DNA from: an uncultured Pseudomonadota bacterium
GTDB taxonomy: Bacteria > Pseudomonadota > Alphaproteobacteria > JACZXZ01
Assembly: GCA_963749075.1 (NCBI GenBank)
Contig: CAVVLJ010000021.1
Location: forward strand, 64,001 to 128,000
Direction: 5' to 3'
Length of the DNA: 64,000 bases
The translations under genes and the position numbers were made by a program. Below the pieces are notes generated by a model. That model was not told the origin of the DNA. It did no database searches and worked only from the letters and a program-made list of their open reading frames with translations. Each line of letters starts with the position of its first letter. Position 1 is the first letter of the stretch. Positions 8,259 to 17,996 of the stretch are shown here, one piece after another.

Positions 8259-11033
8259 CTAACCTGCCTCGGCGGCGGTGCGCCGCGCCGTCTCCGGCTC
8301 CCCTCCCGCCCCGGCCAGCACGCCCGAGAGATGCTCGTGGATGCGCCTCAGCTTCTGCTCGTGCTCGACCTTGAGGCCGAAGACGTCCTTCACGTAGAAC
8401 ACGTCGACGACGCGCTCGCCGTAGGTCGAGATCTTGGCCGAGGAGATCTGCAGGTTGAGCTCGGTGAGCGCCCTCGTGAGCGCATAGAGGAGGCCGGGGC
8501 GGTCGCGGCCGTTGACCTCGATGACCGTGTGGGTGGCGCTCGCCCTGTTGTCGATGAGGACGCGCGGCGGCACCTGGAAGACGTCGAGCCGGCTCGGCAG
8601 GCCGCGGCCCACCGCGGCGACCTCCTCGGGCCACAGGCGGCCGGCGAGCGAGCGCTCGATGGTGGCGGAGAGCCGGGCGAGCTTCTGCGGCCGGTCGAAG
8701 CTGTTGCCGGCGGTGTCTTGCACCGAGAAGCTGTCGAGCGCCATGCCGGTCGCCAGCGTGAAGATGCGGGCGTCCACGATGTTGCCGCCGGCGACCGCGA
8801 TGGCGCCGGCGATCTTGGCGAAGAGCCCGGCGTGATCCGCCGTATAGACGGTGAGCTCGGTGACGGCGCGGTAGGCGTCGATGCGCCAGTCGAGGGCGAG
8901 CGGCGCGTTCTCGGCCTCGGCCTGGCGGATGATGCGCGCGTGGCGTGCCAGCGTATCGATGTCGAGCGCCAGCCAATAGGCGGCCTGTCCGCGCGCCACA
9001 TGGGCCTGCCAGTCCGCCTCGCTCCACTCGGCAAGCGCTGCGCGCAGCTCCGCGAGCACGCCCCTGACGCGCGCCGCGTCGCCGTGGGTGGCGAGCGCCC
9101 CGGTGAGCACCTCCTCGGTCTTGAAATAGAGGTCGCGCAGGAGTGCCGCCTTCCAGTTGTTGAACACCTTGGGCCCGGTCGCCTTCATGTCGACGACGGT
9201 GAGCACGAGGAGGAGGCGCAGGCGCTCCGGCGACTGCACCAGGCCCGCGAAGTCGGTGATCGTCTTGCGGTCGCCGATGTCGCGCTTCTGCGCCGTGTGG
9301 CTCATGGCAAGGTGATAGCGCACCAGCCAGGCGACGGTGTCGGTCTCCTCGGGTGTCAAGCCCAAGCGCGGGCAGAGCTTGCGCGCCACCTCGGCGCCGA
9401 GCGTCGAATGGTCGCCGCCGCGTCCCTTGGCGATGTCGTGCAGCAGGAGTGCGAGATAGAGCACACGGCGGGAGAGGAGCTGATGCACGAGCTCGCTCGA
9501 CAGCGGATGCTCGGCCTTGAGCTTGCCCTGCTCGACGGCGTGGAGGAGGCCGATCGCCCGGATGGTGTGCTCGTCGACCGTGTAGACATGGTACATGTCG
9601 TACTGCATCTGGGCGACGACGCGGCCGAAGTCGGTGATGAAGCGGCCGAACACGCCGGCCTCGTTGAGCCGGCGGAGCGTCGTTTCCGGGTCGTTCGGCG
9701 AGGTCAGCATCTCGAGGAAGAGGCGGTTGGCCTCCGGGTCCTCGCGCAAGCGGGCGTCGACGAGGCGGAGCGCGCGGCGCACGCCGCGCAGCGCCTTGGG
9801 ATGGATGTCGAGGCCGTGCTGCTGGGCCACGTGGAAGAGCTTGAGGAGCTTGACCGGATCCTTGCGGAAGAGCGCCTCGTCGGCGACGGTGAGACGCTCG
9901 CCCTCGAGCTGGAAGCCCTCGATGTCGCGGCGGCGGCGGAGGAGGGCTGCGAGGCTGAAGCGCGGCGGGCGCTTGTGCTCGGCCTCGAGGGCCGCGCAGA
10001 AGATGCGCGTGAGATCGCCCACGTCCTTGGCCACCAGGTAATAGTGCTTCATCAGCCGCTCGACGCGCTGGCTGCCGGCATGGTCGGTGTAGCCCATGTG
10101 CCGGGCGATCTCCGGCTGCACGTCGAAGGTGAGGCGCTCCTCGGCGCGGCCGGTGAGCCAATGCAGCGTGCAGCGCAGTGTCAAGAGGAAGTCCTGCGCC
10201 TTGGCGAAGGCCTGGTACTCCTCCTCGGTGAGGAAGCCGAGCGGCACCAGCTCGCGCGCGTCGTCGATGCGGTAGAGGTACTTGGCGATCCAGAAGAGCG
10301 TGTGGAGGTCGCGCAGGCCCCCCTTGCCCTCCTTGATGTTGGGCTCGACCACGTAGCGCGAATCGCCCATGCGCTGATGGCGCTGATCGCGCTCGGCGAG
10401 CTTGGCGGCGGCGAAGGCGAGCCCGGTGCCGGCGATCACCTCGCGGGCGAAGCGCCGCTTGAACTCGAGATAGAGCGCCTCCTCGCCCGAGACGTAGCGG
10501 GACTCGAGAAGGGCGGTGCGGATGGTGATGTCGGCCTTGGCCTGGCGGATGCACTCGTCGATCGAGCGCGTGGCGTGGCCGACCTTGAGGCCCAAGTCCC
10601 AGAGCAGGTAGAGCATCCACTCGACCACCTGCTCGGTATAGGGCGTCGATTTGTAGGGCAGGATGAAGAGGAGATCGATGTCGGAGAAGGGTGCGAGCTC
10701 GCCGCGGCCATAGCCGCCGACCGCCACCACCGCCAGGCGCTCGCCCACCGTCGGGTTGGCAAGCGGGAAGACCCTGGTGGTGGTGAACTCGTGGAGCGTG
10801 CGCACGAGCTGGTCCATGAGGGCGGCCAGGCTGCGCACCGTCTCGCTGCCCGAGAGCTTCGCCTCGAAGCGCTTGCGCACCTGGCGCCGGCCGTCCTCGA
10901 GCGCCCGGCGGAAAGAGGCGAGCACCTCGGGGCGCAGCGCCTCCCAAGAGGTCCCGCCCGCGGCAAGTGCGGCGAGCTCCTCCGCGAGGGTGCGCCGGCT
11001 CACGGTCTCGCGCGGATTGGCAATGGCGGTCAT
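8259..11033 (-). CDS. glnD: [Protein-PII] uridylyltransferase
   Basis: AVGGYGRGEL.PFSDIDL, EPNIKEGKGGLRD, YTVDEH, LLHDIAKGR, two ACT domains. Confidence 0.97.
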   Translation of the reverse strand: MTAIANPRETVSRRTLAEELAALAAGGTSWEALRPEVLASFRRALEDGRRQVRKRFEAKLSGSETVRSLAALMDQLVRTLHEFTTTRVFPLANPTVGERLAVVAVGGYGRGELAPFSDIDLLFILPYKSTPYTEQVVEWMLYLLWDLGLKVGHATRSIDECIRQAKADITIRTALLESRYVSGEEALYLEFKRRFAREVIAGTGLAFAAAKLAERDQRHQRMGDSRYVVEPNIKEGKGGLRDLHTLFWIAKYLYRIDDARELVPLGFLTEEEYQAFAKAQDFLLTLRCTLHWLTGRAEERLTFDVQPEIARHMGYTDHAGSQRVERLMKHYYLVAKDVGDLTRIFCAALEAEHKRPPRFSLAALLRRRRDIEGFQLEGERLTVADEALFRKDPVKLLKLFHVAQQHGLDIHPKALRGVRRALRLVDARLREDPEANRLFLEMLTSPNDPETTLRRLNEAGVFGRFITDFGRVVAQMQYDMYHVYTVDEHTIRAIGLLHAVEQGKLKAEHPLSSELVHQLLSRRVLYLALLLHDIAKGRGGDHSTLGAEVARKLCPRLGLTPEETDTVAWLVRYHLAMSHTAQKRDIGDRKTITDFAGLVQSPERLRLLLVLTVVDMKATGPKVFNNWKAALLRDLYFKTEEVLTGALATHGDAARVRGVLAELRAALAEWSEADWQAHVARGQAAYWLALDIDTLARHARIIRQAEAENAPLALDWRIDAYRAVTELTVYTADHAGLFAKIAGAIAVAGGNIVDARIFTLATGMALDSFSVQDTAGNSFDRPQKLARLSATIERSLAGRLWPEEVAAVGRGLPSRLDVFQVPPRVLIDNRASATHTVIEVNGRDRPGLLYALTRALTELNLQISSAKISTYGERVVDVFYVKDVFGLKVEHEQKLRRIHEHLSGVLAGAGGEPETARRTAAEAG

Positions 11034-11206
11034 GCGCTCGCCCGGCTCTCCCGGCTCTCTCCCGTATTGTCGCCGTCCAGCGAGATATAATATCGTATTT
11101 GAGGAAGGTTTGCCGTCGCCGCGAGCATGACGCCCGTCGCGGCCGTGCCTGCTGCGGCACTTGGTGCGGGATGCGGCCGGCCGTCCCAAGGCAAGGACGC
11201 TCCGCC

Positions 11207-12073
11207 ATGCGCCTCACCGTCATCGTTGCCTTCGCCGCAGGCGGCGTGCTTGCCCTCGCGTCCGCGCCGGGTGCCGCGCGCGCGAACGCGACGACGGACG
11301 CCCTGAGCGCCGCCGAGGCGTCCTTCGGGCGGCACGATTATGCCGCTGCCCTCAAGCTGCTGCAGCCTTTGGCCGATGCGGGCAATGCGGCGGCAGAGAA
11401 CGGGCTCGGCGTGCTCTACGCCGACGGCGAGGGCGTGGCCCAGAGCTATGCCGAGGCCGCGCGCTGGTATCGCATGGCCGCCGACCAGGGCTATGCGGTG
11501 GCCCAGAGCAACCTCGGCTTCCTCTACGCCAAGGGCGAGGGCGTCCGGCAGGACGATGCGCAGGCCGTGCGCTGGTACCGCCTGGCCGCCGAGCAGGGCT
11601 ATGCGCCGGCGCAGAACAACCTCGGTATCCACTACGAGGCCGGGCGGGGCATCGCCAAGAGCGACGCTGAGGCCGTGGCCTGGTACCTCAGGGCCGCCGC
11701 CCAGGGCTATGCCGATGCGGAGTCTAATCTCGGCAGCATGTATGCCGACGGCGCGGGCGTTCCGCGCGACTATGCGCAGGCGCTGCGCTGGTATCGCAAG
11801 GCGGCCGTGCAAGGCAATGCGGGCGGGCAATACAATCTCGGGGTGCTCTACGCCAACGGCGAGGGCGGGCCCAAGGACGAGGTCCAGGCTTTCATGTGGT
11901 TCAGCCTCGCCGCCGCCGCGGGCAACGCGCTCGCAGCCAAGGATCGCGACCGCCTGGCGCAGTCCATGCCGGCGGATGCGCTCGCCAAGGCGCGGCAGCA
12001 GATCGCCGCCTGGCATGCCACGCCGGAGGTCGACGAGGATGCGGGCAAGCCGCCCGCCCGCGCGGCACCCTGA
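11207..12073 (+). CDS. Sel1-repeat secreted protein
   Basis: Signal peptide plus about five A..NLG..Y..G.GV...A..WY..AA.QG repeats. Confidence 0.9.
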   Translation: MRLTVIVAFAAGGVLALASAPGAARANATTDALSAAEASFGRHDYAAALKLLQPLADAGNAAAENGLGVLYADGEGVAQSYAEAARWYRMAADQGYAVAQSNLGFLYAKGEGVRQDDAQAVRWYRLAAEQGYAPAQNNLGIHYEAGRGIAKSDAEAVAWYLRAAAQGYADAESNLGSMYADGAGVPRDYAQALRWYRKAAVQGNAGGQYNLGVLYANGEGGPKDEVQAFMWFSLAAAAGNALAAKDRDRLAQSMPADALAKARQQIAAWHATPEVDEDAGKPPARAAP

Positions 12074-12168
12074 CCGCCTCGGCTGAGGCGCCCGCCGGGG
12101 TGACGAACCGAGGTGGCGCCCACTATAATGCCGGCAATTGCCGCGATTAAAGGAGGCGGAGATCGGCC

Positions 12169-12633
12169 ATGAGATTCTTCTTGGCAGCGGCGGCGCTGCT
12201 CGTCGCGAGTGCGGCCGCGGCACGGGCCAACGATCTCGCCTGCCTGAGCACGACCTTCAACCTGCTGTCGCCGAACGACAAGGTGTGCGTGAGCGAATTC
12301 GGCGACCCCAGGGTGCCCGGGGTCGTCTGCTACATCTCGCAAGCGCGCAAGGGCGGCTGGGGCCAGCCGCTCGGCCTCAACGAGGACCCCTCGAATTTCT
12401 CGCTCGCCTGCCGCCAGGTCGGCCCCATCGCCGTCGACATAGCTAAGCTGCCCAGGCGCGAGGAGGCGTTCAGCGAGAAGACGAGCATCTTCTTCAAGGC
12501 GACGCGCATCTACCGGCTGCCCGACGCGAAGCACAATTCGCTCGTCTATCTCGCCATCAGCACCAAGATCGTCAACGGCTCGCCGGCCAACGCGATCAGC
12601 ACCGTGCCGATCATGCCGTGGGCGCAGCACTGA
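12169..12633 (+). CDS. creA: CreA family protein
   Basis: DP.V.GV.CYIS.A..GG, EDPS..S.ACRQ.GP, FK, NGSP.NAIS.VP. Confidence 0.88.
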   Translation: MRFFLAAAALLVASAAAARANDLACLSTTFNLLSPNDKVCVSEFGDPRVPGVVCYISQARKGGWGQPLGLNEDPSNFSLACRQVGPIAVDIAKLPRREEAFSEKTSIFFKATRIYRLPDAKHNSLVYLAISTKIVNGSPANAISTVPIMPWAQH

Positions 12634-12686
12634 CGGCCCGCGCCTCGCTGGCGCGTTGCCGCACGCCGGCGCATAATGGCCGCATC

Positions 12687-13529
12687 ATGTCCATGCCCTT
12701 GTCGCACGACGCCAGGGTCCCCGCTCGCTGGAGGCGCGTCCGCCGAGACTGGAGCGCTCTCCTCCGTTGGCTCCGCCGCTGGCGCAAGCATGCGCGGCGG
12801 GCGCGGCGGAAGCTCGACGCGGCGCCGCCGGCGGCGCGAATCGCCATCATGGCGACGGCGGTCCTGGCGCTCTTCGCGGCCGCTGACCTCGTCTATCAGG
12901 TGGCAAGCAAGCCGACCGAGATGCTCTTTCCCCTGAGCGGCGCGCTCGACAAGGCGCCGGCCGAAACCTGGCGGCAATACGCCCCGCTCTTCCGCGAGTA
13001 TTCCACGGCGGCCATCACGCCCGAGCTGCTGGCGGCACTCGCCCAGGTCGAAAGTGCCGGCAATCCGGTCGCGCGCACCTATTGGCGCTGGCGCCTCGCC
13101 TGGAATCCCTTGGCGATCTTCGAGCCCGCCTCGAGCGCCGTCGGCTTATATCAGATGACCGATGCGGCCTTTGCCGAGGCGCGGCGCTATTGCATCCGCC
13201 GCCACGCCGTCGTCGAGGACGGCTGCTGGCCGGGCGACCTCTATTTCCGCGTGCTCCCGAGCCACGCCGTCGAGCTCACGGCGGCCTATCTCGACCGCGG
13301 CGTCGCGGCCGTTCTCGCGCGCCGGCCCCGCGCCAAGGCGACTGCACGGCAGAAGCAGGACCTCGCCGCCATCATCCATCTCTGCGGCGCCGGTCCGGCC
13401 ACGGCCTTCGCGCGCCGCGGCTTCCATTTGACCCCAGGCGAGCGCTGCGGCGATCACGACGCCGCGGCCTATCTCGCCCGCGTCGACGCCGTCAAGCGGC
13501 AGTTCCAGCGTCTCGCCGCCGAGCGGTAG
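12687..13529 (+). CDS. Transglycosylase SLT-domain protein
   Basis: LAALAQVESAGNP and SSAVGLYQMT motifs; start uncertain. Confidence 0.75.
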   Translation: MSMPLSHDARVPARWRRVRRDWSALLRWLRRWRKHARRARRKLDAAPPAARIAIMATAVLALFAAADLVYQVASKPTEMLFPLSGALDKAPAETWRQYAPLFREYSTAAITPELLAALAQVESAGNPVARTYWRWRLAWNPLAIFEPASSAVGLYQMTDAAFAEARRYCIRRHAVVEDGCWPGDLYFRVLPSHAVELTAAYLDRGVAAVLARRPRAKATARQKQDLAAIIHLCGAGPATAFARRGFHLTPGERCGDHDAAAYLARVDAVKRQFQRLAAER

Positions 13530-13543
13530 AGGGCGCGCGAGCG

Positions 13544-13736
13544 CTCACCCCTTCCCCACCATCCCCTTCAGCCGATAGAGAAGCCCGAGCGCCTCCTTGG
13601 GCGTGAGCTCGTCGGGGTGCACCTCGCCGAGCGCCTCCGCGCCCGCCTCAAGGGTGACGAGGATCTCCTCGGCGCGGGCGACGATGGCCGCCGGCAGCCC
13701 GCCGAGCTTCGCCGCGTGGATGCCGCAGGAGCGGTC
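13544..13736 (-). pseudogene. mutS: Diverged, internally deleted duplicate of the mutS 3' end
   Basis: DRSCGIHAAKLGGLPAAIVARAEEIL..LE / [30 protein letters not shown] parallels mutS 17996-18290 minus ~100 bp. Confidence 0.9.
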
Positions 13737-13826
13737 CGCCCTGGCGGCGCGGCGCATGTTTCATCCCATTCGGCTTTTATCGGATAATGTTGGCGCCCGG
13801 TCTCGTTTGCGGAAGGGAGCCCCGAC

Positions 13827-14471
13827 ATGCGGTTCGGCGTGGTCATCTACGAAGGGGTCGAGCCGATCGACCTCGCGACCTTCGGCGTGCTCTCGATGGC
13901 GCGGCGCATCCGGCCGGACATCGAGATCTGCACGATCGCCCCGGAGCGCGGGCCCGTGGCGCTGGTGAATGGCCTGCGCGTCATCGCCGAGCACGATTTC
14001 CGCTCGGCGCCGCCCCTCGACGCGGTCATCGTGACCGGCGGCGCGAGCTGGCGCGCTCAGGCAGCGCGTCCGGACACGCTCGAGTTCCTCAGCCGGCGCT
14101 CGGCCGATGCGCTTCTCGTCTCGGTCTGCACGGGTGCCATGATCCTCGCAGCGAGCGGCGTGCTTGACGGCAAGGCCGCGACGACGAAGCGCGCGGTCGT
14201 GCCGCCCGAGGTGCCGCCGCTCAACGTCATGCGCGAGGCGCATCCGCGCATCGAGGTGCACGAGGCGAGCCTGGTCGACGAGGATCGCGTCATCACCGGC
14301 GGCGGGGTCACGCTCTGCATCGATACGGTGCTCCATCTCCTGATGCGGCTCTGCGGCCGCGAGGTGGCGCTGGAGACCGCCCGCATCCTCGAGTATCAAC
14401 GCGCCTGGTCGGCAAATCTCGCGCAGTTCCCGCCGCTCGTGAGGGTTGCGCAGGCTAACCCCCGGGCTTGA
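13827..14471 (+). CDS. DJ-1/PfpI family protein
   Basis: IVTGG, SVCTGAMILAASG.LDG..ATT, VDEDRVIT.GGV. Confidence 0.88.
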   Translation: MRFGVVIYEGVEPIDLATFGVLSMARRIRPDIEICTIAPERGPVALVNGLRVIAEHDFRSAPPLDAVIVTGGASWRAQAARPDTLEFLSRRSADALLVSVCTGAMILAASGVLDGKAATTKRAVVPPEVPPLNVMREAHPRIEVHEASLVDEDRVITGGGVTLCIDTVLHLLMRLCGREVALETARILEYQRAWSANLAQFPPLVRVAQANPRA

Positions 14472-14608
14472 CCCAGGGAAATCGCATGCCAATTCCTGGC
14501 GAAGCGCCGGCGGTTGAGCTTCCTTGACTGCGCGGTGCGGGCTGCTACTGTGCCGGCCGGACGAGGGCGCGAGCCCGCGGCAATCACAAGACATTCAGGG
14601 AGGAGAAG

Positions 14609-15187
14609 ATGGCAGGCGCAATCTCGATTCACCCCTCGGTCGATCGCGGCATCAAGCCGGCGGCCAAGGATTTCGCGGGCGGCACCCTCTCGTGCAAATG
14701 CGCGACGAATCCCGTCAAGGTGACAGTCGCCTCGCAGTCCGCGCATAACCACGCCTGCGGCTGCACCAAATGCTGGAAGCCCGCAGGCGCCCTCTTCTCG
14801 GTCGTGGCCGTGGTGCCGCGGGACAAGCTCACCGTCAGCGCCAACGCCGACAAGCTCAAGGTGGTCGATCCCTCAGCCACGATCCAGCGGCATGCCTGCA
14901 AGGTGTGCGGCGTGCACATGTACGGCCGCATCGAGAACGCGAAGCACCCGCTCTACGGGCTCGATTTCATCCATACCGAGCTCTCGCCCGAGTCCGGCTG
15001 GTCGCCGCCGGAGTTCGCCGCCTTCGTCTCCTCGATCATCGAGAGCGGGGCCGATCCCAAGGAGATGGGCGCCGTGCGCGCGCGGCTCAAGGAGCTCGGC
15101 CTCGAGCCCTACGACTGCCTCTCGCCACCGCTCATGGATTTCCTCGCGACCGCGGCCGCCAAGGCCGCGGGCACGCTCCGCGCCTGA
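14609..15187 (+). CDS. gfa: S-(hydroxymethyl)glutathione synthase
   Basis: [35 protein letters not shown]. Confidence 0.95.
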   Translation: MAGAISIHPSVDRGIKPAAKDFAGGTLSCKCATNPVKVTVASQSAHNHACGCTKCWKPAGALFSVVAVVPRDKLTVSANADKLKVVDPSATIQRHACKVCGVHMYGRIENAKHPLYGLDFIHTELSPESGWSPPEFAAFVSSIIESGADPKEMGAVRARLKELGLEPYDCLSPPLMDFLATAAAKAAGTLRA

Positions 15188-15212
15188 GTGCCGCCGGATC
15201 GGGAGAAGAGCC

Positions 15213-16323
15213 ATGGAACGTCCGCGCAGCCGTCGCCTGGGGGGCGGGCAAGCCGCTCGCCGTCGAGACCGTTCAACTCGACGGTCCGCGCGCCGGAGAG
15301 GTGCTGGTCGAGATCAAGGCGACCGGCATTTGCCACACCGACAAATACACGCTCTCGGGCGCCGACCCGGAGGGGCTCTTCCCCGCCATCCTCGGCCATG
15401 AGGGGGCCGGCATCGTGGTCGACGTGGGCGCCGGCGTCGCGAGCGTCAAGAAGGGCGACCACGTCATCCCGCTCTACACGCCCGAATGCCGCCAGTGCAA
15501 ATCCTGCCTCTCGCGCAAGACCAACCTCTGCACCGCGATCCGTGCGACGCAGGGGAAGGGGTTGATGCCGGACGGCACCAGCCGCTTCTCCTTCGGCGGC
15601 AAGCCGCTCCTCCATTACATGGGCTGCTCGACCTTCTCGAACTTCACCGTGCTGCCGGAGATCGCCTTGGCCAAGGTGCGCGAGGACGCGCCCTTCGACA
15701 AGATCTGCTACATCGGCTGCGGCGTCACGACCGGCATCGGCGCCGTCATCTATACGGCGAAGGTGGAGCCCGGCGCCAACGTCGTGGTCTTCGGGCTCGG
15801 CGGCATCGGCCTCAACGTGATCCAGGGGGCGCGGCTCGCCGGCGCCGACATGATCATCGGCGTCGACGTCAATCCCAAGCGCGAGGCGATGGCGCGCAAG
15901 TTCGGCATGACGCATTTCGTCAATCCCAAGGAGACGGCGGGCGATCTCGTGGCCCATCTCTTCGAGCTCACCAAGGGCGGCGCCGATTACAGCTTCGAGT
16001 GCGTCGGCAATACCGAGCTCATGCGCCAGGCGCTCGAATGCTGCCACCGCGGCTGGGGAGTGAGCACCATCATCGGCGTGGCGGCGGCGGGGAAGGAGAT
16101 CTCGACGCGGCCCTTCCAGCTCGTCACCGGCCGCGTCTGGAAGGGCACCGCCTTCGGCGGCGCCCGCGGCCGCACCGACGTGCCGAAGATCGTCGACTGG
16201 TACATGGAGGGCAAGGTCAACATCGACGACCTCATCACCCACACCATGCCGCTCGAGAGGATCAACGACGCGTTCGAGCTCATGACCAAGGGCGAATCGA
16301 TCAGGAGCGTCGTGGTGTATTGA
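15213..16323 (+). CDS. frmA: S-(hydroxymethyl)glutathione dehydrogenase (class III ADH); one extra base just after the ATG
   Basis: CHTD, GHEGAG, YTPEC..C..C, RPFQLVTGR.WKG; ATG at 15213 is out of frame with the body (atggaacgtc). Confidence 0.92.
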
Positions 16324-16361
16324 GGGGCGAGCGGCGCGGGGCGGGCGGCGCTACGGATGAA

Positions 16362-16645
16362 ATGAACAGGTTCAGCAAAGAGCTGATCCAAAGCCTCTCG
16401 GAGGCGGTCGCGCACGCCGAGGGCAAGAAAGCCGCCGCGCGCGTACATGTGATCGAAGGCCCGGAAGTGCGGGCGATCCGCAAGCGCCTGTGCATGCCCA
16501 GCAAGCCTTCGCGCGCGCCTATCGCATCCCGCTCGCGACGCTGAAGAATTGGGAGCAGGGCCGCCGCCAGTCCGACGCACGCGCCGCCGCCTATCTCAAG
16601 GTCATCGCCAAGCGCCCGCGGGAGACGCGCGAGGCGTTGAGTTAA
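16362..16645 (+). pseudogene. Orphan XRE-HTH (HigA-like) antitoxin, frameshifted near 16497
   Basis: MNRFSKELIQSLSEAVAH...VRAIRKRL then QQAFARAYRIPLATLKNWEQGRR in another frame. Confidence 0.75.
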
Positions 16646-16855
16646 AGGGCGGCGGTTGGTGGCAACGCGTCCCCGATGTCGCCATGTGCAGCTATGGGCA
16701 ATGACGCCATTCGCTGAACCCAGTTCACGGATGGTCAGCCTTGATGCAATGAGAATGGCATCCTTACTGGCAACGGGCGAAAGTGGCGGAAAAAGCGATT
16801 GAAGCTTGGCCCGCCACAGGGAGCGACGTTTGACACCCTACCTGGACGCGAAGGA

Positions 16856-17845
16856 TTATAGCCGTAACGGTTGAACGTTGCGTGGTTGCACAAGCTCATT
16901 GGCGCCAAAACAGATTAGATCATCGCGCTGATTCGTCGGGAGCAATACGTTCGGCACATAAAAGGACTTGGGGTCACAGTCTTTGATTTCGATTGAAAAA
17001 AGCTGATTGGCTAGAGCGGCAAGCGAGCCTGCCGCGTGAAAGAGATGAAACGGCCCGAAGCGGACGCTAAACAGCACTATGTTGGCGGCAACGGCCTGGA
17101 GGCAATTCCAAAGTGTGGCCTCGGAGAAATGGGCTCTGCGATCGTGCTTTGTCTTATTGTAAGCTTCATACCATGGCAGCGTCTTCGTTGGGCTCGTTAG
17201 GTTCCACCCCAGAAAAGGGCGAATTGGCGGAATGTCAGTGTATCTTGGGAGGCTGATCTCGAACTCCGCAAGAAACAAAGGGCTTCCGAGCCCCACGTAA
17301 TTTTTGGTGGTGAACTGGCCGCTTGCAGGGGTGTGGACATCTGCTATTCGGAGATAATGCTTCCAAATATTTTCGACTTCCGTACAAGCGAGAATAAGAA
17401 GTTCTCGTACCTTGTGGCTGTGCGTGTTCATTGCACCGGAAGCAGGCTCGACGAAGTAAAGTAGCTCATCGAGCCGCTGCACTAGCAGCAGCAAAGCTTG
17501 CTCGGCTAACCGAAGTTCGACATTGGTAGCCCCCAAGCCTTGCAAAATCTCTTCAGTAAAATAGAGGCCAGGTCTCCACACGCCTTCTATCGTGCAGCCT
17601 ACGTCGTTCTCAGTCTCTTCGACAGCTTGTGCCCCAAAAGTCCGTTCGACCCAGTCCCGTAGTGATCCCGATTTCTTCTCCGTGACCGTCAGCCCGGGCG
17701 AGATTACCCATAGTCCTCGGTCTTTTCCATAATGGTGGACAAAGTGCGTATGCGTCTCATACGCGACGCCCCGTGGCTCCTTCTCATGAAGGGGCACCCA
17801 TCTAGGAATGGTGTGCTTAGTGTTACGGTAGACTAGCGCGCGCAC
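16856..17845 (-). CDS. Low-GC hypothetical protein with HEPN-like motifs
   Basis: 329-aa ORF, visibly AT-richer than the flanks; RELLILACTEVE and LPWYEAYNKTKHDR motifs. Confidence 0.7.
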   Translation of the reverse strand: MRALVYRNTKHTIPRWVPLHEKEPRGVAYETHTHFVHHYGKDRGLWVISPGLTVTEKKSGSLRDWVERTFGAQAVEETENDVGCTIEGVWRPGLYFTEEILQGLGATNVELRLAEQALLLLVQRLDELLYFVEPASGAMNTHSHKVRELLILACTEVENIWKHYLRIADVHTPASGQFTTKNYVGLGSPLFLAEFEISLPRYTDIPPIRPFLGWNLTSPTKTLPWYEAYNKTKHDRRAHFSEATLWNCLQAVAANIVLFSVRFGPFHLFHAAGSLAALANQLFSIEIKDCDPKSFYVPNVLLPTNQRDDLICFGANELVQPRNVQPLRL

Positions 17846-17996
17846 GACTCCGCTCCAGGGCGGTTGGATGGACGGGATATAGAATGCTTGCCTTTATGGC
17901 GCTCGTCACCAATCCAAGGATTAACCCACCCTGGGATTCTGTGGGATTTGCAATTCCCTCCAAGCCCTCCCGCCGCTCGATCGACCAAACGCGCCC

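Noticed and set aside
14770-15212. Apparent long N-terminal extension of frmA
   Set aside because: Artefact of the extra base after the true ATG; the region is gfa in another frame
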